Source of the DNA: an uncultured Chloroflexota bacterium
GTDB lineage: Bacteria > Chloroflexota > Limnocylindria > Limnocylindrales > Limnocylindraceae
Length of the DNA: 57,741 nucleotides
Reading direction: 5' to 3'
Assembly: GCA_903864185.1 (NCBI GenBank)
Contig: CAIPEX010000025.1
Span: forward strand, 1 to 57,741
The notes beneath the pieces were generated by a model. That model was not told the DNA's origin, did not search any database, and worked only from the letters and a program-made list of their open reading frames with translations. Both the position numbers and the translations under genes were made by a program. Shown here piece after piece: positions 1-9,339 of the stretch (position 1 is the stretch's first letter; every line of letters begins with the position of its first letter).

Positions 1-1
1 C

Positions 2-223
2 ACCACCGCAACAGAACTGCGGGCAGAACTTGCCAACCATCTCACGAGCGGCGTCGATTGGATCGCAGCCGTGACGGCGATGAGCGCAGGTGGCACAACG
101 CGCTTCATCGAGGTTGGCGCTGGTCGCGTACTCAGCGGCCTGGTGAAGCGAATCCCTGCAGCGAGTACCGCCGAGGTGCTCAGCATTGATGAGCTCTATG
201 CCGCAACAGCGGCTGGAGCATAG
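2..223 (+). CDS. fabD: Malonyl-CoA:ACP transacylase, C-terminal fragment (truncated by window edge)
   Basis: Frame 2 reads ...NHLTSGVDWIAAV...RFIEVGAGRVLSGLVKRI...TAG(221-223), a typical FabD C-terminus; directly precedes fabF. Confidence 0.85.
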   Translation, partial: TTATELRAELANHLTSGVDWIAAVTAMSAGGTTRFIEVGAGRVLSGLVKRIPAASTAEVLSIDELYAATAAGA

Positions 224-231
224 GAGGAAGC

Positions 232-1497
232 ATGCGCGAACCCGATCACACGCGACGCGTCGTTATCACCGGCCTCGGCATCGTCTCGCCGATCGGCAAC
301 ACCGTGGGCGACGTATGGAGTTCCCTCACCGAGGGGCGCAGCGGCATCGCGCAGATCACCCACTGGGATCCAACCCCCTATGCCCCTTACGTTGTTGCTG
401 GCGAAGTGAAGGGCTTCGACGCCAGCCAGTGGCTCGACGCAAAGCAGATCCGCCGCACTGGCCCCGAGATCCACTGGGGCGTTGCGGCAGCCATGGAGGC
501 ACTCCGCCACAGCGGCCTTGAGATCACCGATACGAACCGCGAAGAGGTGGGCGTCGTCTTCGGCTCGGGCGCAGGTGGACAGAGCCTCTTCATTGAGAAC
601 CAGATGGCCTGGAAGGAGAAGGGGTCGCGTTCTGTTGCGCCGACCTTCATCGCCCACGGCCTCGTCGACAGCACCTCGGGCATGATCGCGATCGAGTCGG
701 GTGCCGTCGGGCACAACCTCGCCGTGGTCTCCGCCTGCGCCACTGGCACGCACGCCTTGGGCGAAGCGGCCGAGGCGATCAAGCGTGGCGATGTCACCGC
801 CGTCATCGCCGGCTCCACAGAGAACCCCCTCATCGAGGTTGCCCATATCGGGTTCATGAACATGCGCGGCCTTGGTGCGCCGCGCGCCGGCGAGGGCCCA
901 GCAACGGCAAGCCGCCCCTACGACAAGGATCGCGCCGGCTTCGTTCTTGGCGAAGGGTCGGGCGCCTTCATTGTTGAAGACCTCGCCGCGGCAACCGCAC
1001 GCGGCGCCACGATCTACGCCGAAGTGGTGGGCTACGGCAGCTCCGCCGACGCACACGACATGATCCAGCCGATCGAGGGTGGTGCCGGCTCAGCACGCTC
1101 CATCAAGTGGGCGCTGCAGCGCGGCAAGATCGACGCGTCGGAGATCGACCTGATCAATCCGCACGGTACGAGCACCCCGGTGGGTGATGAGCGCGAGGCG
1201 CTTGCCTTCTATGCTGCACTCGGCCAGCGCGCGTCGCAGATCCCTGTATCGGCAACAAAGTCGCTCACCGGCCACCTCATGGGTGCCGCGGGTGCAGTTG
1301 AGGCGATCTTCACCACGCTCTCGCTCCACCACCAGACGATTCCTGGAACCCTCAACACGCGAGAGATCGACCCAGCGTGCAATCTCAACGTAATCCTCGA
1401 GACGCGAGCAGCGGAGATTCGCGCTGCGGTGAGCAACAATGTTGGCCTTGGCGGGCACAATGGTGCAGTCGTCTTGCGACGCTGGACAGGAAAGTAG
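232..1497 (+). CDS. fabF: Beta-ketoacyl-ACP synthase II, copy 1
   Basis: RRVVITGLG, ACATG (catalytic Cys), HGTST, KSLTGHLMGAAG; SD GGAGG upstream. Confidence 0.92.
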   Translation: MREPDHTRRVVITGLGIVSPIGNTVGDVWSSLTEGRSGIAQITHWDPTPYAPYVVAGEVKGFDASQWLDAKQIRRTGPEIHWGVAAAMEALRHSGLEITDTNREEVGVVFGSGAGGQSLFIENQMAWKEKGSRSVAPTFIAHGLVDSTSGMIAIESGAVGHNLAVVSACATGTHALGEAAEAIKRGDVTAVIAGSTENPLIEVAHIGFMNMRGLGAPRAGEGPATASRPYDKDRAGFVLGEGSGAFIVEDLAAATARGATIYAEVVGYGSSADAHDMIQPIEGGAGSARSIKWALQRGKIDASEIDLINPHGTSTPVGDEREALAFYAALGQRASQIPVSATKSLTGHLMGAAGAVEAIFTTLSLHHQTIPGTLNTREIDPACNLNVILETRAAEIRAAVSNNVGLGGHNGAVVLRRWTGK

Positions 1498-1505
1498 GAG
1501 GCGAG

Positions 1506-2780
1506 ATGGCAGCCGCGATGCGACCAGATGAACAGCGCGCCGTCATCACGGGCTACGGTGCCATCACACCCATCGGGAATAGTGCCGCCGAATATTGGGA
1601 CGGCCTGATCGCTGGTCGATCTGGCGCAGGACTGATCACCCACTTTGATCCAGGAGACAACGAGGTGCGGATTGCGGCAGAGGTCAAAGACTTCGACCCG
1701 CTCAAGACGATGGACATGAAGATGGCGCGGCGGATGAGCCGCTTTGTGCAGTTTGCGATCGCCGCGGCAACCGAGGCGATCGAGCACGCTGGCCTCTCGA
1801 AGATCCACGAGTGGGATGAGGAGCGCCGCGATCGTGTCGCCACGGTCATCAACACCGGTGGTGGCGGCATCGAGCAGGTCACGATTGGGAGTGATGCCTA
1901 CCGCGAGAAGGGTGGACGCTTCGTCAGCCCATTCGCAATCCCCGCCCTCAGCCCGAGCATGGGCGCCTGCATGGTGAGCATGAAGTACGGACTCACTGGT
2001 GCGGCGATCACCCAGGCGGCCGCCTGCGCAACGGGCGTGCTCGCCTTCCAAGACGCACTGCGCCTGATCCGTAGCGGTGAGGCCGATCTGGTGATTGCCG
2101 GCGGCGTTGAGGCGCCACTCCTCCCGATGGCCTTCGCCGCCCTCAGCAACATGGGCGCACTGAGCAAGCGCAACGAAGATCCGACGCGTGCGAGCCGCCC
2201 ATTCGACAAGAACCGTGACGGCTTCGTCTTTGGCGAAGGTGGTGCCGTCTTCGTCGTCGAGTCACTCGCCCATGCCAAGGCGCGCGGCGCCACCATTCGT
2301 GCCGAGCTGCTCGGTGCCGGTGCAACCGCCGACGCCTTCCATATCAGCGCACCTGAGCCAACCGGCCGCGGTGCCGCTGGCTCAATGACGAAGGCGCTTC
2401 GTGACGGCGGCGCAACGGCAGAAGAGGTCAGCTACATCGTGGCGCACGGCACCAGCACGCCACTGAACGACGCGACTGAGACGAAGGCGATCAAGCGAGC
2501 CCTCGGCGATCACGCCTACACGATCCCGATCAGCTCACCGAAGAGCATGGTCGGCCACCTCCTTGGCGGCGCTGGCGCCGTGGCCGGCCTCGCCGCCATC
2601 CGAGCGATCGAGACGGGCACCGTGCCGCCAACGATCAACCTCGAAACACCAGACCCAGAGTGCGACCTTGACTACGTACCGAACACCGCGCGCACGAACC
2701 AGGCAATCGACCGTGTGTTAATCAACGGCTTCGGCTTCGGTGGCCAGAACGCCTCGGCGCTCTTCGGGAAAATGCGTTAA
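1506..2780 (+). CDS. fabF: Beta-ketoacyl-ACP synthase II, copy 2
   Basis: AACATG, HGTST, KSMVGHLLGGAG, NGFGFGG; start moved to ATG 1506 after SD GGAGG. Confidence 0.92.
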   Translation: MAAAMRPDEQRAVITGYGAITPIGNSAAEYWDGLIAGRSGAGLITHFDPGDNEVRIAAEVKDFDPLKTMDMKMARRMSRFVQFAIAAATEAIEHAGLSKIHEWDEERRDRVATVINTGGGGIEQVTIGSDAYREKGGRFVSPFAIPALSPSMGACMVSMKYGLTGAAITQAAACATGVLAFQDALRLIRSGEADLVIAGGVEAPLLPMAFAALSNMGALSKRNEDPTRASRPFDKNRDGFVFGEGGAVFVVESLAHAKARGATIRAELLGAGATADAFHISAPEPTGRGAAGSMTKALRDGGATAEEVSYIVAHGTSTPLNDATETKAIKRALGDHAYTIPISSPKSMVGHLLGGAGAVAGLAAIRAIETGTVPPTINLETPDPECDLDYVPNTARTNQAIDRVLINGFGFGGQNASALFGKMR

Positions 2781-2789
2781 GGCCAACGC

Positions 2790-3086
2790 ATGGAGATGCG
2801 CGTGCGTGCGTCGCTGATTCACTGGCGGGGGCCATCGCCATTTCATTTCGTCCCCATCCCAAAGAAGGAGAGCGCACAGATCAAGTCGCTCTCTCGCCAG
2901 CTCACCTACGGCTGGGGAGTAATCCCGGTCAAGGGACGCATCGGCGCCACTACGTTTAGCACCTCGCTCTTTCCTAAAAGCGACTCGTACCTCATCCCGA
3001 TCAAGGTTGCGGTCCGCACAGCCGAGGGATTAGAGATTGGCGATTCCGTAACTGTTGACCTCACTTTTGAATTGAGTCCGCAATAG
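2790..3086 (+). CDS. DUF1905-family small protein
   Basis: WRGPSPFHFV...GWGVIPVKGRIG..TFSTSLFPK..YLIPIK..VR pattern. Confidence 0.75.
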   Translation: MEMRVRASLIHWRGPSPFHFVPIPKKESAQIKSLSRQLTYGWGVIPVKGRIGATTFSTSLFPKSDSYLIPIKVAVRTAEGLEIGDSVTVDLTFELSPQ

Positions 3087-3088
3087 CC

Positions 3089-3415
3089 ATGCGGTTCGTT
3101 CTCTTCGTCATTGACAGCGGCAGCAACACTGCCACCCCTGGCGAAGGTGCCGCAATCGACGCCTTCAACGAGCGCCTTACGGCGGGCAACCATTTGATCC
3201 TCGCCGCGGGTATTGCCGAACCGAACCGCGCCACGCTGATCGACAATCGCAACGATCTCGGCGCCATCACCCCTGGCACACTCTTCTCCGGCCCCGAGCA
3301 CTACAGCGGCTTTTGGATTATCAACGCCGATTCACCCGAGCAGGCGCAGGCCTTTGCGGTGGATGGCTCTCGCGCGTGTAATCGCCGGGTGGAGCTGCGG
3401 CCGTTTCTCGTTTAA
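3089..3415 (+). CDS. YciI/DGPF-like small protein
   Basis: AFNERL..G....AAG, SGFWII.A.S.E.A, VELRPF. Confidence 0.75.
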   Translation: MRFVLFVIDSGSNTATPGEGAAIDAFNERLTAGNHLILAAGIAEPNRATLIDNRNDLGAITPGTLFSGPEHYSGFWIINADSPEQAQAFAVDGSRACNRRVELRPFLV

Positions 3416-4047
3416 CTTGCACGCACCTCAATTGACCAGTTAGGGCGCCAAGCCCAGAGCGCTGTGCCCAACGCAAGCAATATTGACGTACACGCCCAAG
3501 CCCAACCGTCAGCTACCGGAAGCCCGATCCAAGCCCATCCAGCCGCAGCGGTTTCATCAGCGAAACCAAACACGCCAACCGCCAGGAGATAGAGTGCCGG
3601 CGCAATTGACGCGGTGCGCCATCCAGCAAAGAACCGGGCAACGAGTAGCCAGCCTAGGTAAGTCATGAGCGCTCGTGTGGCAATCAGATACGTATCGCCT
3701 ACATCTGAAGCATTGAGTCCCGCAGAGACCTGTGCGCCGATCGCTCCAAGAGCCAAGAATGCACAGACGCTTGAGGCCACGAGTACTGCGTCATAGCGAC
3801 GTATGCGGCGCGCTGCTACGGACTCTTGCGCGGGAAGCCCACTAGACAGCCCAAACCCTAAAGCGCTTGGCAACCCTAAAGCGATGAAGAGGGCGATCAC
3901 CAGCGGTGCGCCAATGGGACTCACCCGAATAGAGATTGCGCTGGCTGGAACTTGCAAAAGAAGTGCCGATCCGACTACCGAAAGAGCAATCAGATTGACT
4001 CGGCGAACTTTTCGATACAGGGACACGCTATTGAATGCTGTAGTCAT
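3412..4047 (-). CDS. Integral membrane protein of the ABC cassette
   Basis: About 6 hydrophobic segments; overlaps the preceding permease. Confidence 0.65.
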   Translation of the reverse strand: MTTAFNSVSLYRKVRRVNLIALSVVGSALLLQVPASAISIRVSPIGAPLVIALFIALGLPSALGFGLSSGLPAQESVAARRIRRYDAVLVASSVCAFLALGAIGAQVSAGLNASDVGDTYLIATRALMTYLGWLLVARFFAGWRTASIAPALYLLAVGVFGFADETAAAGWAWIGLPVADGWAWACTSILLALGTALWAWRPNWSIEVRAS

Positions 4048-5305
4048 CGGGCGATTGGCATTTAGCGACTAACGCAGACAGACGCTCCAACCAAGCATTC
4101 CGTGTTGCGATGGACACGGCACTAAGTGTGCTGTACAGATCCTTGATGGGGATGCCGCCAGATGCTGACGGATCTGCGATCAACCAGCCGAGATTCTCTT
4201 GTAGCATCGCTTCGGACCCACCCATCGCTGTGAACCACCAGCCACGCAACACATCAATAGAAGAACCACTGAGAGGCGCAACCGCCGCCTCAAAAGCACA
4301 CGCGGGCCACGGCGCCAACCCTTGTGATATTGACCAGCGAACTGAATCTGGATCTGACTTCCACAAGTCGAGCGTGAGGGTGCCCACTGATGAGGGGCTC
4401 GCGAGCTCTTCACTCCAGCGACCTGGGATCGGCAAGTCCTCACGAGTCAGTGCAACTATCACTGCAGTCAACGTCGTCCGAAACACTTGTGTGGGGCCGT
4501 CGTGCTCAGACCACAGGCACAACTCTGTTGCGCCGACCATGCTGCACTTTAAGGCGGACCGATCGCGCGCCACCTCTGGAATCGGACCAACATTCCAGGC
4601 GAACGCGCTACTGACCATCACCCCTGTAACGAGCATTGCGGTTGCGACGATGCGTGACCATCGCATATGGAATGCGCCGATCGCATAGAGCGCTACGGCG
4701 ATGATTGTTACATTCATAATCAGGCCTGCGAGCAGTGCAGCCGGCGCAATATCAGCGCCGATGCGGCAGCAATCTCGGTACATGCCGCTTAACTGTCGCA
4801 ACCATTCCGCAGGCAGCGCCGGCACAAAGGCGAACCAGAGAAATGGTGCCAAGAGCATGCCTGGCAGAGCCACCGACATGGGGAGTCGTAGCCCTGCAAG
4901 GAAACCCACTAGGCTCCACGCGCAGATTGCAACGAATCCAACTACAACGATGCGAATCTCAGGCAGCCCTGCCTGACCGTAGACAGCGGCAAAAACGACG
5001 GAGCCGAGTAAAAACACTGCCCCCAAGATGATCGATGGGGTTACCGCGATGATCGTGATCGCCCACTTAGGGCGAGTGTGTGGCGCGTCCCATATGCCGC
5101 CGCGACGAAGCCGAGCAGCCTCCCATGCCGCAGTCGCCGCGACAAAACCCACTAAGAAGCACATAGAAGAGGTTGCGCCCGCCGTCGCAGCAACTCCGTA
5201 GTTGTTCGGGTAGATTGCCTTCGTCACATAGAGGATGGAAAGGATCAGCGTAGGTAACGTCAGCCAAGCTGCGGGCGATATCCTTAGAATTGTTCTGAGA
5301 CGCAC
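4028..5305 (-). CDS. ABC permease-like membrane protein with C-terminal extracytoplasmic domain
   Basis: 7-8 TM segments then a soluble Cys-containing domain; abuts the ATPase gene. Confidence 0.65.
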   Translation of the reverse strand: MRLRTILRISPAAWLTLPTLILSILYVTKAIYPNNYGVAATAGATSSMCFLVGFVAATAAWEAARLRRGGIWDAPHTRPKWAITIIAVTPSIILGAVFLLGSVVFAAVYGQAGLPEIRIVVVGFVAICAWSLVGFLAGLRLPMSVALPGMLLAPFLWFAFVPALPAEWLRQLSGMYRDCCRIGADIAPAALLAGLIMNVTIIAVALYAIGAFHMRWSRIVATAMLVTGVMVSSAFAWNVGPIPEVARDRSALKCSMVGATELCLWSEHDGPTQVFRTTLTAVIVALTREDLPIPGRWSEELASPSSVGTLTLDLWKSDPDSVRWSISQGLAPWPACAFEAAVAPLSGSSIDVLRGWWFTAMGGSEAMLQENLGWLIADPSASGGIPIKDLYSTLSAVSIATRNAWLERLSALVAKCQSPDDYSIQ

Positions 5306-6052
5306 CTACTTGCTGCCAGCAATTAGTGTGAGGAATGCTGTCTCAATTGGGCGCTCACTCCCTGCAGGGGCACGCGCCGCAAAGTCCCGCAGCGCACCAT
5401 CAAACGCGATATTGCCTGCATGAAGTACGGCGACATGCTGATATGCGTTCGTTATTTCTCCTGTGTCATGGGTCGAAACCACAACCGTTCGGTCCGCACC
5501 AATCTTTACCAGTAATTCACGGAACATCGCTCGCTGCTCTGGGTCAAGGCCAGAGGTGGGCTCGTCAAGCAGCAAGACTTCTGCATCGTGAACCAGGGCA
5601 CTGGCAAGACCAACGCGCCGTTGCTGGCCTCCTGAAAGTTCACTTGCAGGCCGGTCAGCTAGATCCTGAAGAGACACGCGAGCTAACGCTTCAGTTGCCC
5701 CGCGCCATGAATCGTCACGACTCATCCCCTTCAGCCAACCAGAATACGCCACCTGCTCTCGCACGGTGAGCCCTGGTGCTGCTCGATACTGCTGCGGCAT
5801 CCATGCCACGCGCGTTCGAAACTGGGTTTGCTGCTCGTGGGAATCCAACTCGTTCAGCGAAACTTTGCCACCCTTTGCCATCAGCGCTGTCGCGCCAATG
5901 GACAAGAGCGTGCTCTTGCCTGCGCCATTGATCCCAAGAAGGGCGGTAACGCCTGTAGGCACGTGCCAAGTTAAGTGTTGCAGGACGGCAAGTTCGCCTT
6001 GGCCTTTGCGGCGGTAGCTGAAGGTGATGTCACGCAGTTGGAGCCCGTTCAT
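5306..6052 (-). CDS. ABC transporter ATP-binding protein
   Basis: GINGAGKST, LSGGQ, LLLDEPT, STH; ATG 6052 with SD GGAGG. Confidence 0.92.
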   Translation of the reverse strand: MNGLQLRDITFSYRRKGQGELAVLQHLTWHVPTGVTALLGINGAGKSTLLSIGATALMAKGGKVSLNELDSHEQQTQFRTRVAWMPQQYRAAPGLTVREQVAYSGWLKGMSRDDSWRGATEALARVSLQDLADRPASELSGGQQRRVGLASALVHDAEVLLLDEPTSGLDPEQRAMFRELLVKIGADRTVVVSTHDTGEITNAYQHVAVLHAGNIAFDGALRDFAARAPAGSERPIETAFLTLIAGSK

Positions 6053-6060
6053 CACTTGCC

Positions 6061-6093
6061 TCCACATATACGAATCAAGTTCGGATATGTGGA
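6061..6093. promoter_or_regulatory. 14-bp inverted repeat overlapping the SD of the ABC ATPase gene
   Basis: TCCACATATACGAA-tcaag-TTCGGATATGTGGA, 1 mismatch. Confidence 0.5.
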
Positions 6094-6108
6094 TCCTAGC
6101 AGGGGGGG

Positions 6109-8463
6109 CTACCTCTCGTCGTTGCGCATGTGGCTTCGCTCTAGCGGGAGCCTTCGCAGTCGCAAGGAGTTGAGCACAACGCTCACACTCGAGAGGCCCA
6201 TCGCTGCAGCAGCGAGTGCGGGGTCAAGACCAATACCAAATGTTGGGAGCAGCGCTCCGGCCGCGAGTGGCACGAGGATGATGTTGTAGCCGAAGGCCCA
6301 GGTGAGATTCTGCTTGATGATGCGCGTTGTCGCACGAGCAAGATCAATGAGCTGCACCACGCCGTGGAGATCCGAGCTTGCGAGTGTGGCGCTTGCGGCC
6401 TCGACGGCAATCTCAGCGCCGCCGCCCATGGCAATGCCAACGCTTGCAGCAGCGAGTGCTAGCGCATCGTTGATGCCATCGCCAACCATCGCAACCGGTC
6501 CACCAACGAGGCGTGAGATCTCTTCGACCGCGTCACCTTTTTCGCGCGGGAGCACGCCGCCGCGCGCGTGCTCGGGAGGGATGCCGATGCGTGCCGCAAT
6601 GGCGGCAACGGTCTCTGCGCGATCTCCCGAGATGATCCATGAGGCAATGCCACGATCGGCGAGCGCGCGTACCGTTGCTGCCGCCTCAGGTCGAACCTCG
6701 TCTGCAAGGGCAATGAGGCCAATCGGCTGTGCGTTCAGCGCAACATAGACAACGGTGTGGCCAGCCGCCGCCTCTTCATCGGCCCAGCGATCGAGCGGTG
6801 CGAGGAGTTCGGCCTGCACGCTGAGTGCCAGAAGGTGCGCGCGCGACCCGACGGCAATCGACGCGCCATCGATGGTGGCAACGACGCCGCCACCGACCAG
6901 GGTACGGCGCGCCGTTGCAGCTGGCCATTCCGCGGCAGCCGCAGTTGCGGCTGCAACGATGGCACGGCCGAGCGGGTGCTCGGAGCCGGCCTCGGCTGCT
7001 GCCGCGGCGATCAGGAGGGCATCGCTGTCGCCGGCAAGGGGCCCGGTTGAGAGGGGTCGCAGCGCAACGATGGCGGGGCGCCCGAGGGTGAGGGTGCCGG
7101 TCTTATCCCAGATGACCGCCTTCAACTTCCCCGCCGTTTCGAGCACGGCGGCATCCCGCACGAGGATTCCACGCTCAGAACCACGACCGATCCCAGCGAT
7201 GACGGCGGTTGGCGTGGCGAGCCCCATCGCGCAGGGGCAGGCGACCACGAGCACGGCGATCGCGCTGGCGACCGCCCGCACGAGGCGCGGCTCGGCGCCG
7301 AAGAGGTACCAGGCGGCAAAGGTGGCGAGGGCGATGAGGAGGATCGTTGGCACGAAGATTGCGGAGATTCGGTCGGCGAGGCGCGCGATCGCGGGCTTCG
7401 ATCCTTGCGCTCGTTCAACGGCGGCGACGATGCGCGCCAGCGCAGTGCTGCTGCCAACCGATACGGCACGCATGATGATTGGTGCATCGAGGAGCAGCGT
7501 GCCGGCAAGGATGCGTGCCCCCGTGTCGCGAAGGACGGGGATCGACTCTCCGCTCATTGCAGATTCATCGAGCGAGGCTCCGCCACGAACGATGATCCCG
7601 TCAACAGGAATTCTGTCACCAGGTCGAACGAGGATGAGATCTCCCGCAATAACGCGCGCGAGTTCGACGCGCTCGGTTCGCGTTGCATCAGGGTGCGGAA
7701 CGAGTTCCACGATAGATGGACGCAAGTTCAAGAGTGCGCGCACTGCACCAGTTGTTGCCTCGCGCGCGCGTGACTCCATCCATCGCCCGAGTGAAACGAA
7801 ACCGATGATCAGTGCGGCGGCATCCCATGTTGCATGTGCTGGAACGCCGATCTGCATCAGTTCGCTATGAAAGATCGTGAGCACAACAGACCAGCCCCAC
7901 GCGGTGGTGGTGCCGAGACTCACGAGCGTCTCCATCGTGAGGCTCCCATGGCGAAGTGCGCGCAGCGCCCGCGAATGGAACGGCCAACCAACGTAGAACT
8001 GCACGAGGGTTGCAGGAAGGATCAACCAACGATTGACCTGATCCATGCTGATGAAGAGCCAGTCTTGCAGCATGAGGAACATGGCAATGAATCCAAAGGC
8101 AGTGGCGATGATGCCACCGCGCAACATTGCGCGCGAGGCACGCGCGCGACCAGTGGCAAGCTCTTCGCTCAACGCTGCGCGCGCGGCATCAACATCGGCG
8201 TCTGGCTCACGGCCGGCGAGTGCGAGCGCGGCCGCCGGCACCTCATAGCCGGAGGCGGCGATTGCGGCGGCGAGTTCTGCAACGCCCGTCTGGTCGGGGA
8301 GATAGCGAATCGTCGCGCTCTCGGTCGCAAGGTTGACCTGCGCCTCTGCGACGCCGTCAGCTGCCTTGAGGAAACGCTCGACCCGGTTGACGCACGAGGC
8401 GCACGTCATCCCCACGATCGGCAGGGTGACCTCGGCGCCGGGAGTTGGCTCGTGTGTCTGCAT
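6109..8463 (-). CDS. copA: Cu(I)-exporting P1B-type ATPase
   Basis: GMTCASC metal-binding domain, CPC, DKTGT, SEHP, GDGIND, YN and MxxS membrane motifs. Confidence 0.93.
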   Translation of the reverse strand: MQTHEPTPGAEVTLPIVGMTCASCVNRVERFLKAADGVAEAQVNLATESATIRYLPDQTGVAELAAAIAASGYEVPAAALALAGREPDADVDAARAALSEELATGRARASRAMLRGGIIATAFGFIAMFLMLQDWLFISMDQVNRWLILPATLVQFYVGWPFHSRALRALRHGSLTMETLVSLGTTTAWGWSVVLTIFHSELMQIGVPAHATWDAAALIIGFVSLGRWMESRAREATTGAVRALLNLRPSIVELVPHPDATRTERVELARVIAGDLILVRPGDRIPVDGIIVRGGASLDESAMSGESIPVLRDTGARILAGTLLLDAPIIMRAVSVGSSTALARIVAAVERAQGSKPAIARLADRISAIFVPTILLIALATFAAWYLFGAEPRLVRAVASAIAVLVVACPCAMGLATPTAVIAGIGRGSERGILVRDAAVLETAGKLKAVIWDKTGTLTLGRPAIVALRPLSTGPLAGDSDALLIAAAAAEAGSEHPLGRAIVAAATAAAAEWPAATARRTLVGGGVVATIDGASIAVGSRAHLLALSVQAELLAPLDRWADEEAAAGHTVVYVALNAQPIGLIALADEVRPEAAATVRALADRGIASWIISGDRAETVAAIAARIGIPPEHARGGVLPREKGDAVEEISRLVGGPVAMVGDGINDALALAAASVGIAMGGGAEIAVEAASATLASSDLHGVVQLIDLARATTRIIKQNLTWAFGYNIILVPLAAGALLPTFGIGLDPALAAAAMGLSSVSVVLNSLRLRRLPLERSHMRNDER

Positions 8464-8478
8464 ACTCCTGGGGAGTAT
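8462..8478. promoter_or_regulatory. CsoR/RicR-type copper operator
   Basis: ATACTCC-TGG-GGAGTAT palindrome overlapping the copA -10 (TATACT on - strand), SD and start codon. Confidence 0.65.
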
Positions 8479-8507
8479 AGAGGATTTTGAGCGGCTAGGA
8501 TCCCATC

Positions 8508-9041
8508 ATGAAGGAGTGGAGCTGGCGCAGTCCGTGGGGCACGATCCCCGTGCTTGTCGTGAATGGACGCATTGCCGCAATCGCGCTCGACGCGCGCACA
8601 CCACCCGAGGTGCCGGATGCGTCAACCGGTCGTATGCCCGCGCCTGGCCCGATCGCGAGTAGCGCGGTGATGAACGCCACGCTCAACGCGGCGATCGCTG
8701 GAAGGCTCTCATCGCGCGCACTGCTCGCTGCGGTCGACCTGCAATGGGCGACGCCGTTTGAACGTTCCGTGTTGCGTGCCCTTGCAACCATTCCTGCAGG
8801 TGCAACAGCAACCTACGGCGAGCTCGCTGCAGCAATCGGTGCGCCGCGCGCAGCGCGTGCAGTGGGGAGTGCACTCGGACGTAACCGTGTTCCAGTACTA
8901 CTTCCTTGCCATCGTGTCCTCGCTGCCGCAGGGATCGGCGGCTATGGGAGTGGCGCAGGATCGACGTGGCGTCCTGGCGGCATGGCGCCGCTTGCGTTCA
9001 AGCGCGCACTCTTAGCGCGTGAAGGGGTAGACCTGCGCTAA
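8508..9041 (+). CDS. ogt: Methylated-DNA--protein-cysteine methyltransferase
   Basis: TYGELA, ARAVG, PCHRV active site; TAGGAT -10 six nt before ATG. Confidence 0.9.
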   Translation: MKEWSWRSPWGTIPVLVVNGRIAAIALDARTPPEVPDASTGRMPAPGPIASSAVMNATLNAAIAGRLSSRALLAAVDLQWATPFERSVLRALATIPAGATATYGELAAAIGAPRAARAVGSALGRNRVPVLLPCHRVLAAAGIGGYGSGAGSTWRPGGMAPLAFKRALLAREGVDLR

Positions 9042-9337
9042 GCGTGCAGCGAGAGTCCGTGGAATCCCACAACGATGCGCGCTCGCGGCATCTCATCAAA
9101 AACAAGTGCGAGCTCACCTTCGCGAACCAGCTGCTCGACAATTTTTGCCTCGCGCTCTGGGAGTCCGATCCATGCATCACCCGTTGGCGTGCTGATGCGC
9201 GTTGACATCTCTTCATCGCCAGGAAGGTTGTAGGCGCGCCGCACCTCGTGAAGCGGAACATACGGACGCGCCTTGGCCATGCGCCGCAACTGTGCGGCGG
9301 TCGCTTGCCGTTGCGCTGGTGCGCTCAACTCACTCAT
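9038..9337 (-). CDS. Hypothetical protein
   Basis: 99-aa ORF tightly coupled to the M24 peptidase gene. Confidence 0.6.
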   Translation of the reverse strand: MSELSAPAQRQATAAQLRRMAKARPYVPLHEVRRAYNLPGDEEMSTRISTPTGDAWIGLPEREAKIVEQLVREGELALVFDEMPRARIVVGFHGLSLHA

Positions 9338-9339
9338 TG

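Noticed and set aside
6755-7870. Long antisense ORFs (this one, 10946-12313, 27073-28245, 28324-29517 and others)
   Set aside because: Shadow frames of well-supported genes in high-GC DNA, with no protein motifs
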